Source of the DNA: a virus
Length of the DNA: 64,000 bases
Virus record (IMG/VR): IMGVR_UViG_3300027798_006580
Direction: 5' to 3' (one strand)
Of the stretch, positions 28,243 to 38,221 are shown in pieces (position 1 is the first letter of the stretch; each line of letters begins with the position of its first letter). A program made the translations under genes and the position numbers. The notes under the pieces are model-generated. The model did not search any database, was not told the origin of the DNA, and was given only the letters and a program-made list of their open reading frames with translations.

Positions 28243-28872
28243 ATGCCTACTCTATTTGAATACATTGAACAACTAAAAGAAAAACACGAAGTGCGTGTTA
28301 AATTCGCCTGCGAAGTAACAGACGAAATGATGGATAAGATCGAGCGTCACTTGCAAAAGTATGATGCCGAAAAAGTCTCAAGTCCAAGCAAAACAATTTT
28401 ACAAGCTCGTCCATTAGACTTTCCTAATTTGGACATGGGCGAGATTTACATCATTGACTTCACTGCGTGTTTGCCAGTAAGCAATGAAATGCTTAAACAA
28501 GAACTAGCAAGATTATTATGTGTCAGCGAAGGACTAGTTGTTGTTCGTGGCGTAAATGAGGATCGTGAGATAGAACAAGAAGAAGAAAAGTTTCAAGATA
28601 AAAAAGAAGAATACAAAGTCAAACTAGGCGCAGACTATGACAAAAGCGAAGGCAGCGATGTCAAAGCCAGCGAAGTATTTGGCGACAAGTTTAACGGAAG
28701 TTTATTAAAAGAACTTAAAAAGATCAGTGACAGCAAAAAGAAGGAAGTTAAAACTCCTAAGATTGCCAAAGACCCAGACGTTCCTGTAAGCACACCAGAG
28801 ATAGGTGATAGCAAAGAAACTAACAAAAAAAGTCCAGTGGCTAATCGCGGTCCAGTGATTGCTAAGAAATAA
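28243..28872 (+). CDS. Hypothetical late protein
   Basis: GATAAATA promoter, GGAG RBS; starts MPTLFEYIEQLKE. Confidence 0.65.
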   Translation: MPTLFEYIEQLKEKHEVRVKFACEVTDEMMDKIERHLQKYDAEKVSSPSKTILQARPLDFPNLDMGEIYIIDFTACLPVSNEMLKQELARLLCVSEGLVVVRGVNEDREIEQEEEKFQDKKEEYKVKLGADYDKSEGSDVKASEVFGDKFNGSLLKELKKISDSKKKEVKTPKIAKDPDVPVSTPEIGDSKETNKKSPVANRGPVIAKK

Positions 28873-28883
28873 GGAAAAATATT

Positions 28884-30122
28884 ATGAACAGTTTACAAGA
28901 TTTAATGAAACGATTAAGCAGTATTGGCCAAGTCACTGAAGCAGAAGAAAAATGCTCCGAATGTGGTTGTACTCCGTGTGAGTGTGATGACAAAGACAAA
29001 GTCGACGAAGCCAAAAAGCCAGACGCTGACAAAGATGGTATTCCTGATTGGGCTGACAAAGATGAAGAAAAAGTCGACGAAGGCGCATTAGATACATTAA
29101 AGAAATTCGGCAAAAAAGCATTAGACACATTAGGACATCCTGACGACGAAGAAATGATCAAAGATTTACAAAGAAAAGTCGGCGTGCCACAGACGGGTAA
29201 AAAACCTGGCGAAGAAGAAAAATCGATGAAGGAAAGTGCTTTAAATTTATTACGTAGATATGCTGGCATTGCAGAAAACAACAACGAAGCAACAGTCGAT
29301 GAAGCACTTAACACTAGCAAGTTAGCAGACACTATGGGTGTAGATGTACAGCAGTTACGCATGGCTGTTAGTCGCGCCAGTACTGGCAAACAAACACGCA
29401 GTGATATAATGTTGTTATCAGATACTTTTGTCAAACTATTAAACAATCCAGATGACACAGTTATTCAAACTGTTGCCAACTTAATTAAGTCTGGTAATAC
29501 TGCACCAGCCCCAGAAGCTAATATGAAACAAGAAGGCAATGAATTCAGCGGCGCATTAAAAGCAGCCAAAGATGCCGGCGAAGAAGAATTTGAAGTTGGT
29601 GGCAAAAAATATAAAGTAAACGAATGTAATGACATGAGTCCACTGACATCAGTACCCAACGGTGAATCACACATGGGTATTCCAGCTGAAATAATGGCAC
29701 GTATGTCTAGTCCAGAAATGACAGAACCAAAAGGTCCGCACATGGAAGTTCCTATGGCAGCAGAAGAACCAAACGCAACCTATACATTAAGTATTCAAAA
29801 TGGTGAAAACAATTTAAGTATGACAACTGACATGCCTGATGAAATTATTCACATCATGAAGTTAGCGGGTGTTAACAAGGGCGCCGAAGTAACCAAGACA
29901 GCGGCAGCAGGCGAACAAGAAGTAGAAGAATCAGGTTATGAAAATACTCCTGACAATACGCGAGCACGTGATCCGCAGGCACATGGTGACATTCGCGACT
30001 GGGGACAAAAAGGCACAGGCGCAGGCAAACCAAACTATCCTGGTACAGGCGCCAGCGGTGATAACCCAATGAACGAACAACGTATGTTCCAGGACTACAA
30101 AAACTTTAAAGCAGGCAAATGA
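28884..30122 (+). CDS. Putative head/inner-core protein
   Basis: Acidic, low complexity, many (V/I/M)xE sites; CSECGCTPCEC and DADKDG motifs. Confidence 0.5.
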   Translation: MNSLQDLMKRLSSIGQVTEAEEKCSECGCTPCECDDKDKVDEAKKPDADKDGIPDWADKDEEKVDEGALDTLKKFGKKALDTLGHPDDEEMIKDLQRKVGVPQTGKKPGEEEKSMKESALNLLRRYAGIAENNNEATVDEALNTSKLADTMGVDVQQLRMAVSRASTGKQTRSDIMLLSDTFVKLLNNPDDTVIQTVANLIKSGNTAPAPEANMKQEGNEFSGALKAAKDAGEEEFEVGGKKYKVNECNDMSPLTSVPNGESHMGIPAEIMARMSSPEMTEPKGPHMEVPMAAEEPNATYTLSIQNGENNLSMTTDMPDEIIHIMKLAGVNKGAEVTKTAAAGEQEVEESGYENTPDNTRARDPQAHGDIRDWGQKGTGAGKPNYPGTGASGDNPMNEQRMFQDYKNFKAGK

Positions 30123-31654
30123 GCGGTCAAGCGGTTTTAGTTAAACAGCCCTACAAAAAAGAAAATTATACAGAGAATCAGATAGCGGAGATTGTAAAAT
30201 CCGCTACTGATCCTATATACTTTATCAGCGAGTATATGTGGATACAGCATCCCACAAAAGGTCGTATCAAGTTTGAACTCTACGACTATCAAATAGAATT
30301 AATCAACGCTTATCAAAATCACAAGTATAGCATCAATATGCTTGGCCGCCAAATGGGTAAGTCAACTTGTGCCGCAGGGTATTTGTTATGGTTCGCTATG
30401 TTTGTTCCAGATTCGACAATTCTTATAGCCGCACACAAATACACAGGCAGTCAGGAGATCATGCAACGTGTACGTTTTATGTATGAAAGTTTACCTGAAT
30501 GGATCAAAGCTGGTGCAGTAAGTTATAACAAGGGTAGTATCGACTTTGACAACGGCAGTCGTATTGTCAGTGCCACAACAACAGAAAATACTGGTCGTGG
30601 TATGTCCATCACATTAGTATACTTAGATGAGTTTGCCTTCGTTCCGCCACGTATTGCCAAAGAGTTCTGGACATCACTGAGCCCAACGCTGTCAACAGGC
30701 GGTAAGTGTATTATTACAAGTACACCTAATCAAGACAATGATCAGTTTGCACAAATTTGGAATGATGCCATTAAAAAGTTTGACGAGTTTGGCAATGAAC
30801 GTGAAGTCGGCAAAAACGGATTTAAAAGTATTAAGTACATTTGGAGCGACCATCCAGACAGAGATGAAGCTTGGGCAGATCATGAACGCAGTAAAATTGG
30901 CAGCGAACGTTTCATGCGTGAACATGAATGTTTGTTCATCACAGCAGATGAAACATTGATCAGTGGTCTAGTATTAACAAACTTGCAAGGAGAAGATCCC
31001 TATGAACGAGTGGGACAACTACGAGTATATACTCCTATAGACAAAGATAAAATATATGTGGCTGCATGGGATCCTAGTTTAGGCACGGGCGGCGATGCCG
31101 CGGCCATCGAGATTTTCAGCTTGCCTGATCTGGTTCAAGTAGCAGAATGGCAACATAACAAAACAGACATCCGCGGCCAGCTTAGAAATTTTGTTACTAT
31201 ATTGGATTGGTTACGTGAAAAAGGCGCGAGCAATGATAATATCTACTGGAGTGTTGAAAACAATACACTGGGCGAAGCCGCACTGGTTGCTATTCAAGAA
31301 TATGGCGAAGAACGTATTGCTGGACATTTTATCAGCGAAACTGGCGCTAAACGTCGTGGCTTTAACACAACAAATAAAAGTAAAATAGCCGCTTGTACCA
31401 AATTAAAATACTATATCGAAAGCAGTAAAATGCATCCAAAAAGTAAGAGTCTTGTGCAAGAACTAAAAACCTTTGTGGCCAAAGGAACTGGCTTTGCAGC
31501 CAAAGAAGGCGAAACAGATGATTTGGTCATGGGTACTATACTAGCAGTTAGATTAATTGAGTATGTCATGAAGTATGATGAAGCAACATATAACACATTA
31601 GTCGAACGAAACAGCGGCGATTATTTACAGCCCATGCCAATTGGAATAATTTAA
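30119..31654 (+). CDS. terL: Terminase large subunit (T4 gp17-like)
   Basis: LYDYQ, RQMGKST Walker A, YLDEFAF Walker B, ITSTPN, WDPS.G.GGD, ENN, DDLVM nuclease motif. Confidence 0.95.
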   Translation: MSGQAVLVKQPYKKENYTENQIAEIVKSATDPIYFISEYMWIQHPTKGRIKFELYDYQIELINAYQNHKYSINMLGRQMGKSTCAAGYLLWFAMFVPDSTILIAAHKYTGSQEIMQRVRFMYESLPEWIKAGAVSYNKGSIDFDNGSRIVSATTTENTGRGMSITLVYLDEFAFVPPRIAKEFWTSLSPTLSTGGKCIITSTPNQDNDQFAQIWNDAIKKFDEFGNEREVGKNGFKSIKYIWSDHPDRDEAWADHERSKIGSERFMREHECLFITADETLISGLVLTNLQGEDPYERVGQLRVYTPIDKDKIYVAAWDPSLGTGGDAAAIEIFSLPDLVQVAEWQHNKTDIRGQLRNFVTILDWLREKGASNDNIYWSVENNTLGEAALVAIQEYGEERIAGHFISETGAKRRGFNTTNKSKIAACTKLKYYIESSKMHPKSKSLVQELKTFVAKGTGFAAKEGETDDLVMGTILAVRLIEYVMKYDEATYNTLVERNSGDYLQPMPIGII

Positions 31655-31675
31655 TTAAAATAGGTAAATAAGTGT

Positions 31676-32944
31676 ATGGCTATAGATTATAACTCAGTTT
31701 CAGACAGAATATTTGACCAACTTAAAGGCTTTGGTCACGACATTATTATCTTTGATGATAAAGGTCGACAAACCGCCAATGCTACTCAAGGCCGTAGTTT
31801 TTACAGTAAAGATCAAAAGTTTACAGTAGAATTAGATCAAGATGACAATGTTATCAAATTTAAATACGGCACAAGTACAGATATGCCCAAGGTCAAAAAG
31901 TTAATAGATACAATTGGTGCTATAGCAAAGAAATACCCCCCATTGGGATTAGATAGATTGCCGTACACCGGCAAAGAAATAGAATTAAAGGATGTAGAAA
32001 ACATGGCAAAAGTCCAAGAGAGTTTAAGCCCGACAATGGGTTCAACTAAAACCAGTTACCAACAAACTGAAGGTGCTAAACTAATCATTAGACATAACAC
32101 TGCTGTCAACGAAGAAGTTCGTGGCAGTCGTAGTCGCAACATCAGCGCATTGTTTATTGAAAACGCACAAGGTGAACGATTCAAATATCCGCACAACCAT
32201 TTAACTGGCGCACGTATTATGACTCAACACGTTGCTGAAGGCGGCACGCCCTACGATGAAGTTGGACAAAAAATCATTGGACTAAGTGAAGAACGCAATC
32301 AACTTTCACAGGTATCTAAGTACATTAGAAGCCAAGGCCTACAAGAACAAGCCGGTGATGTACAATTTGCAGTTACTCAACGTCTCAGCGAAATTAAAGG
32401 CCTATTGGGAAGATATAATCCAACAAGATTTATGGAAGATAAATCGCAGGCCGACGAAACAAATCTGGAAGCACTACAAGAAAAACTAACCAAAAACGTA
32501 TTTGACGAAAGCATTGGCTCACTATTACCAAAACTAAATGGCTATGTAAAACAATATCAACAACAAATGGAAGCTCGACAAGAACTCGAAACCCTAAAAC
32601 AACAAGTAGAAGAATCAACATCAATCCAAGTTAGTGCTATTCCAGATTTAGAAATGATGAGCATGATGGTCTACGAAAGTCCAACTGTCAATACTACTCA
32701 ATTAATCAATACAATTTTACCAGTATTAGAAGACGACGCAGTCAAAACAAGTTTAACTAAGATAGCCGAATATGTCCAAGAAGGCAAATTGGATGCTATG
32801 GAAGTTGAAAACTTAACTCGTAGCATTATTGGTAAGAGCGCAGTTAAAGAATCCAATTACAAAATTGTACATCAATTGAATACAGTGGATCAAGTATTTG
32901 AATCGGTTATGGCCAGGTTCGAACTAAAAGAAATACTGAAATAA
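31676..32944 (+). CDS. Hypothetical late (putative head) protein
   Basis: 422 aa; TAAATA 5 nt before ATG; many hydrophobic-x-E sites. Confidence 0.65.
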   Translation: MAIDYNSVSDRIFDQLKGFGHDIIIFDDKGRQTANATQGRSFYSKDQKFTVELDQDDNVIKFKYGTSTDMPKVKKLIDTIGAIAKKYPPLGLDRLPYTGKEIELKDVENMAKVQESLSPTMGSTKTSYQQTEGAKLIIRHNTAVNEEVRGSRSRNISALFIENAQGERFKYPHNHLTGARIMTQHVAEGGTPYDEVGQKIIGLSEERNQLSQVSKYIRSQGLQEQAGDVQFAVTQRLSEIKGLLGRYNPTRFMEDKSQADETNLEALQEKLTKNVFDESIGSLLPKLNGYVKQYQQQMEARQELETLKQQVEESTSIQVSAIPDLEMMSMMVYESPTVNTTQLINTILPVLEDDAVKTSLTKIAEYVQEGKLDAMEVENLTRSIIGKSAVKESNYKIVHQLNTVDQVFESVMARFELKEILK

Positions 32945-32992
32945 GAATATAAATATTTTCAACAGCAATTCATCCAAAAGGAAAAATTGCTG

Positions 32993-33022
32993 TTGACATA
33001 GCACTTAATAGAGTGTTATAAT
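32993..33022 (+). promoter_or_regulatory. sigma70-type promoter of the SSB gene
   Basis: TTGACA 32993-98, TATAAT 33017-22; overlaps inverted repeat CAACAGCAATT/AATTGCTGTTG. Confidence 0.7.
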
Positions 33023-33098
33023 TGTTCACAAGATGAGAGTATCTTGTGTTCCAGGCAACAAACTTTTTTAACCCTGGCATTTTTAAAGGAAAAACATT

Positions 33099-34115
33099 AT
33101 GGCAACATCACTAGCAGAAATCCGCGCTCGCTTACTTGAGCAAGACACACGTCAAAGCGGCACAAACAATCGCTCACAGGGCGACAATGGAATCTTTCCG
33201 TTCTGGAATATTCCCGAAAACTCAACTACAGTATTACGTTTCCTCCCAGACGGAGATGACACTAACACTTTCCCGTGGAGAGAGCGTCAAATGATCCGAC
33301 TAGAGTTCGCAGGAGTTCTGGGTGGAGACGAAAGTAAGAAAGTAACTGTAACAGTTCCTTGCATGGAAATGTGGAAAGAGACTTGTCCGATTCACGCAGA
33401 GATCCGTCCTTGGTTCAAAGATAAATCTTTGGAAGACTTAGGTCGTAAGTACTGGAAGAAAAAATCTTATGTCTTTCAAGGCTTTGTTGTAGACACAAAG
33501 CTACAAGAAGATGTACAACCGGAAAATCCAATCCGTCGTTTGATTATCAACCCAAGTATCTTTAACATTGTTAAAGGTGCGTTGATGGATCCAGAAATGG
33601 ATAATCTGTTTACAGACTATGAGAATGGCACAGACTTCCGACTAACAAAAACTACAAAAGGTCAATACGCAGACTACAGCACAAGTAGCTTTGCCCGTAA
33701 AGAACGTGGTTTGAACGAAGTAGAACTGCAAGCTATTGCAGATCACAACTTGTTTACTTTGAATGACTTTATGCCTAAAAAGCCTAGTAAAGAAGAAGTT
33801 GACATCATTTATGACATGTTCAAAGCCAGCGTTGATGGCGAGCTGTATGATCCCAAACGTTGGGGTCAGCATTTTAAACCAGCAGGTGTAAACCTTGGTA
33901 ACTTGGTGGCAGCATCAGATGTTGAAGCCGCAGAAGCAAGTTTCAAAGCACCTGCTCCGGCAGCTCGTCCTGCTCCTGTTGTGGCAGCAAAGCCAGCAAT
34001 CGTCAATGACGAAGATGACGCACCTTTTGAAACAGCTGATACAACAGCCGCTCCAGAAGGCAAAAAGAATGTCAATGATATTCTTGCAATGATTCGTAAT
34101 CGTCAGCAAAAGTAA
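33099..34115 (+). CDS. Single-stranded DNA-binding protein (T4 gp32-like)
   Basis: LRFLP, C......CPI, YWKK, G.DFRL.K......ADYS.S.F, acidic linker and tail; upstream of UvsX. Confidence 0.85.
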   Translation: MATSLAEIRARLLEQDTRQSGTNNRSQGDNGIFPFWNIPENSTTVLRFLPDGDDTNTFPWRERQMIRLEFAGVLGGDESKKVTVTVPCMEMWKETCPIHAEIRPWFKDKSLEDLGRKYWKKKSYVFQGFVVDTKLQEDVQPENPIRRLIINPSIFNIVKGALMDPEMDNLFTDYENGTDFRLTKTTKGQYADYSTSSFARKERGLNEVELQAIADHNLFTLNDFMPKKPSKEEVDIIYDMFKASVDGELYDPKRWGQHFKPAGVNLGNLVAASDVEAAEASFKAPAPAARPAPVVAAKPAIVNDEDDAPFETADTTAAPEGKKNVNDILAMIRNRQQK

Positions 34116-34220
34116 ATACGGCCCGGGCCTCTGCGATAACTAACCGGTAAATGGTTATTGTATCGCCCGGGTTCTTCTATGCAGAAGAAACGTTTACTAT
34201 CACAAAGTAGAGAGTATCAA

Positions 34221-35003
34221 ATGACACTACCAGACGAAAGATATCGTGCTGTATTATGGGCAAGTAGATTCTTGGGTGAAGTTGCTCATGATAAGAAAAA
34301 GTATCCTAGAATTTCCAAAGAAGTTAGACGTGAGGCTTATAGCATACTGCGTCATTATCCCAGTGACTGGGATATGAAACGCATATCGGTTAAGGTACCC
34401 GAAGTCTTCCAAGAAAAAATGGAACCATTAACAAAAATGATTATGACTTATAATCAAGAACAAAAGGAAAATGAAATGAAAAATATACCGAATGTAACTT
34501 TTGCCTTTAGACAAGGCGATGAAGAACCTGAACAAGGTGGCTGTCCAATCGGCGGCGAGTTTGTTTTTAAAACAAGCAATGATTTGTTTGCCAACAAGCG
34601 AGTAATAGTGTTTAGCTTGCCCGGAGCATTTACACCAACGTGCAGTACATATCAATTGCCGGGCTTTGAAGGTCAATTTAATGATTTCAAAGCACAGGGC
34701 ATTGATGATATTTATTGCGTTAGCGTCAATGATGCGTTTGTTATGAACGAATGGAGTCGTGCTCTTAAAATTAAAAACGTTAAAGTTATTCCAGACGGTG
34801 CTGGCACGTTCACAGAAGGCATGGGCATGACAGTTGACATGAGTGCTATTGGATTTGGCAAGCGCAGTCGTCGTTATGCCGCAATCATTGACAACGGCAA
34901 CGTGGAACAAATGTTTGTGGAACCAGAATCAAGTGCTGCCGATCCTGATCCATATAGCGTTTCAAGTCCAGAGAATGTTATGAAACACTTGCAAGGAGAA
35001 TAA
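34221..35003 (+). CDS. Peroxiredoxin (Prx5/AHP1-like; internal start 34476) fused in frame to a small upstream protein
   Basis: FSLPGAFTPTCS, SVNDAFVM..W, PDG...FT, GFGKRSRRYA; AAGGA RBS before ATG 34476. Confidence 0.85.
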   Translation: MTLPDERYRAVLWASRFLGEVAHDKKKYPRISKEVRREAYSILRHYPSDWDMKRISVKVPEVFQEKMEPLTKMIMTYNQEQKENEMKNIPNVTFAFRQGDEEPEQGGCPIGGEFVFKTSNDLFANKRVIVFSLPGAFTPTCSTYQLPGFEGQFNDFKAQGIDDIYCVSVNDAFVMNEWSRALKIKNVKVIPDGAGTFTEGMGMTVDMSAIGFGKRSRRYAAIIDNGNVEQMFVEPESSAADPDPYSVSSPENVMKHLQGE

Positions 35004-35004
35004 T

Positions 35005-36078
35005 ATGACTAAACCATTTGACGTAAGTAAATTTAGAAAAGAAATTACCAAGAGCATTGAAGGCCTTAGCATTGGTTTTAATGATCCTACAGATTGGATC
35101 AGTACAGGTAATTATACCTTAAACTATTTGATTAGTGGCGACTTTTTTAAAGGCGTGCCCATGGGCAAGGTCACTGTGTTTGCCGGCGAGTCGGGCGCAG
35201 GCAAAAGTTATATCTGTTCTGGCAATCTAGTTCGTCACGCACAAGAGCAGGGCATTTATGTTGTGCTCATCGACACAGAAAACGCACTAGACGAAGCATG
35301 GCTACATGCACTTGGCGTAGATACAAGCGAACAAAAATTGTTAAAACTTAACATGGCCATGATTGATGACGTGGCCATGACTATTACCAAATTTGTCGCA
35401 GATTACAAAGCCATGGCAGAAGATGCTAGACCCAAGGTATTGTTTGTCATTGACAGTTTAGGCATGTTGCTAACACCCACAGACGTTAATCAGTTCCAAG
35501 CAGGTGATATGAAAGGTGACATGGGTCGTAAGCCCAAAGCACTGACATCGCTGGTTCGTAACACAGTTAATATGTTTGGTAATCTAAACATTGGTATGGT
35601 ATGTACCAACCACACATACGCAAGTCAGGACATGTTTGATCCGGACGATAAGATCTCTGGCGGCCAAGGCTTTATCTATGCCAGCAGTATTGTAGTTGCC
35701 ATGCGTAAATTGAAATTGAAACTGGATGAAGATGGCAATAAGACCACAACAGTCAATGGTATTCGCGCCAGTTGTAAGATCATGAAAACTCGTTATGCTA
35801 AACCATTTGAAAGTGTGCATGTGCAGATTCCTTATGCAACAGGTATGAGTCCTTACAGCGGATTATTTGACTTGCTGGAAGAACGTGGCAGTTTGAAGCG
35901 TGAAGGCAACAGTTATCTTTATACAACTAAAGAAGGCGAAGTCTTTAAAGCAATGCGTAAAGCATGGACCAATGAGCTTTTGGACAAAGTAATGGCAGAT
36001 ATTATGCTTAGAGATCTGACAGCAGATGTAAATATAGCAGATATAACACCTTTGGAGGAGATTGAAGATGCTTCATGA
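35005..36078 (+). CDS. uvsX: RecA-family recombinase UvsX
   Basis: ISTG..LN..ISG, GESGAGKS, DTENA, VIDSLG, NHTY, SGG.G..YASS. Confidence 0.9.
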   Translation: MTKPFDVSKFRKEITKSIEGLSIGFNDPTDWISTGNYTLNYLISGDFFKGVPMGKVTVFAGESGAGKSYICSGNLVRHAQEQGIYVVLIDTENALDEAWLHALGVDTSEQKLLKLNMAMIDDVAMTITKFVADYKAMAEDARPKVLFVIDSLGMLLTPTDVNQFQAGDMKGDMGRKPKALTSLVRNTVNMFGNLNIGMVCTNHTYASQDMFDPDDKISGGQGFIYASSIVVAMRKLKLKLDEDGNKTTTVNGIRASCKIMKTRYAKPFESVHVQIPYATGMSPYSGLFDLLEERGSLKREGNSYLYTTKEGEVFKAMRKAWTNELLDKVMADIMLRDLTADVNIADITPLEEIEDAS

Positions 36079-36337
36079 TGAACAAGTTAATTTGATTGTA
36101 GACGTATGGGCCACTGTTAAGACTTACATTGATAAGAAAGAACGCTATGATGCTGCCTGTGCATTACTGCGTAGTTTGGAGAATCACTATGAAATGGATA
36201 GTGTTGCAGAAGAACTTCTCGGCAATGACAGTACATTAGATGCTGTAATTAAAGACTTATACACTGCCAACGACATTGTCGATGATGATGATGACTACGA
36301 AGAAGATAATTACGATTCCGACGCCGACGAAGAATGA
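36068..36337 (+). CDS. Small acidic hypothetical protein
   Basis: GGAGG RBS; Asp/Glu-rich tail. Confidence 0.65.
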   Translation: MLHDEQVNLIVDVWATVKTYIDKKERYDAACALLRSLENHYEMDSVAEELLGNDSTLDAVIKDLYTANDIVDDDDDYEEDNYDSDADEE

Positions 36338-36795
36338 GTAATTGGTATAGACGTGTTACTGGCAACTTAGATGAGTTGCCAGGCTCAATAGCCTACTATG
36401 AATCTGAATTACAAGATGCTAGAATAGAAACTAGTATCAAAGGTAACTTGGAAACAAACTCTAGACTTATGCCTGGAATAGTGGAACACAGATTTAACCA
36501 ATTGCAAGAAGTTGAAGCTATACTTGAATTCCTAAACATCCAACTAAGAAAAAAACGAAGTGAGATGTTTAGGAAGTATACCGAAAATTATAATAGAACA
36601 CTCAGTGACCGTAGTGCTGACAAATATGTAGATGGAGACGACGAAGTAATTGAATGGCAAATTCTCGTAAATGAGTTTGCCATGATCCGTAACAAGTACC
36701 TCGGCATTATGAAAGCCATTGACACCAAGCAATGGCAGATTACTAACATTGTCAAACTCCGTGTAGCGGGCATGGATGACACTACTTTGGGTTAA
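36334..36795 (+). CDS. uvsY: Recombination mediator UvsY
   Basis: Helical, KYVDGD and K.WQITNIVKLRVAG motifs; follows uvsX. Confidence 0.75.
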   Translation: MSNWYRRVTGNLDELPGSIAYYESELQDARIETSIKGNLETNSRLMPGIVEHRFNQLQEVEAILEFLNIQLRKKRSEMFRKYTENYNRTLSDRSADKYVDGDDEVIEWQILVNEFAMIRNKYLGIMKAIDTKQWQITNIVKLRVAGMDDTTLG

Positions 36796-36852
36796 TTGAC
36801 ACAAATTGGATCCTTTGCTATAATACATACATAGCGAAACAAAAAGGAGTCC
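36792..36852 (+). promoter_or_regulatory. Early promoter + RBS module, copy 1
   Basis: TTAATTGACACAAATTGG...TGCTATAATACATACATAG...AACAAAA.GGAGT. Confidence 0.8.
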
Positions 36853-36855
36853 AAA

Positions 36856-37080
36856 ATGGAACTAGCAATCGGAACTAAAATTGTGTATACAAGTGCCGCA
36901 GGTACTCGCAATGCAGAAGTAGTTGGTATCAAAATTACCCCTACAGCAAAGCCTGGATTTCTTAATACTTTTGTTACACTTTTAATACCCGTACAAACAG
37001 GTGTTAAATTTGAGAATAAAATTCAAATCTGTGCTGACAATGCCAGCTTAAAAATGTTCAAAGTAGCAGTCATTAATTGA
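36856..37080 (+). CDS. Small early hypothetical protein
   Basis: 74 aa between two near-identical promoter modules. Confidence 0.7.
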   Translation: MELAIGTKIVYTSAAGTRNAEVVGIKITPTAKPGFLNTFVTLLIPVQTGVKFENKIQICADNASLKMFKVAVIN

Positions 37081-37133
37081 CACAAATTGGTTTCAGTGCT
37101 ATAATACATACATAGATTAACAAAACAGGAGTT
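37073..37133 (+). promoter_or_regulatory. Early promoter + RBS module, copy 2
   Basis: TTGACA 37077-82, TATAAT 37100-05; near-copy of the 36792 module. Confidence 0.8.
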
Positions 37134-37138
37134 TATAA

Positions 37139-38215
37139 ATGGCTAATGTAACTATTTTTGCAGGCGAGTATCGCGGCGTTAAAGTTCGTAACCAAACATT
37201 CCAATTGGTGTCAGACGTTAAGTCTGGTAGCAAAGGTATGTATGTAACAGTTCAAGATGACGGCACCCTAGGTTATCCAGGTAAAGCTATTCGTGTTAAA
37301 GTTAAAACAATGGAGGATATTACAGTGAGTGGTCAAACTATTGCTGACATGACAGATAGTCAGCGCAACAAAGCAAATAAAGACGACAATGTCTTTTCTT
37401 TAGTAACTACTAAAGAGCCAGAAGTGTACACAGAAACAGATGAGCAAGCTATTGAGCGCATCCGTGAACGCTTTGACATCCTAGACCAAATGGCAGAAGG
37501 CACCACAACAGGTGCAGTTCGTGCTATGATTGTCAGCGGCCCTCCAGGCGTAGGTAAGAGCTACGGCGTTGAGAAGGTACTTGAGCAAGCCAGTTTATTT
37601 GACAAAATGGCTAATCGTAAAAACAGATTTGAAGTTGTCAAAGGTGCAATGTCAGCATTGGGTTTGTATGCCAAACTTTACAAGTTCTCCGATGAAGGCA
37701 ACGTGTTAGTGTTTGATGACTGTGACAGCATCTTGCTTGACGACTTGTCGTTGAACATTTTGAAAGCCGCATTAGACAGTTCTAAGAAACGTTATATTTC
37801 TTGGAACACTGATAGTAATATGTTGGGTCGTGAAGGCATTCCGGATCGTTTTGAATTTAAAGGTAGTGTGATTTTTATTACTAACATTAAGTTTGAGCAC
37901 GTTCGCAGTAAGAAATTAAAAGACCATTTGGACGCATTGGAAAGCCGTTGCCACTATTTGGACTTGACAATGGACACCCAACGTGACAAGTTTCTGCGTA
38001 TTAAACAAATTGTGCGTGACGGTATGTTGGACAGTTATGATTTTGAAGAGCATGCCGCACAAGAAATTGTGGACTACATGTGGGAAATGAAAGCTCGTTT
38101 GCGTGAACTGAGTTTGCGTACAGTTTTGAAGATTGCAGACCTGCGTAAGATGAGTGAGCACAATTGGCGTCGTCTTGCAGAGACAACAATTTTGAAACGT
38201 GCAGAAGTGTGCTAA
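37139..38215 (+). CDS. AAA+/P-loop ATPase
   Basis: GPPGVGKS Walker A, LVFDDCD Walker B, IFITN sensor, ALESR arginine finger. Confidence 0.85.
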   Translation: MANVTIFAGEYRGVKVRNQTFQLVSDVKSGSKGMYVTVQDDGTLGYPGKAIRVKVKTMEDITVSGQTIADMTDSQRNKANKDDNVFSLVTTKEPEVYTETDEQAIERIRERFDILDQMAEGTTTGAVRAMIVSGPPGVGKSYGVEKVLEQASLFDKMANRKNRFEVVKGAMSALGLYAKLYKFSDEGNVLVFDDCDSILLDDLSLNILKAALDSSKKRYISWNTDSNMLGREGIPDRFEFKGSVIFITNIKFEHVRSKKLKDHLDALESRCHYLDLTMDTQRDKFLRIKQIVRDGMLDSYDFEEHAAQEIVDYMWEMKARLRELSLRTVLKIADLRKMSEHNWRRLAETTILKRAEVC

Positions 38216-38221
38216 ACTAAA

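Noticed and set aside
34158-34220. ORF-track N-terminal extension of the peroxiredoxin fusion
   Set aside because: TTG start lies inside a hairpin with no RBS; ATG 34221 and 34476 are better starts. Similar over-extensions at 21809, 41672, 44629, 57365 and 60863 were trimmed.
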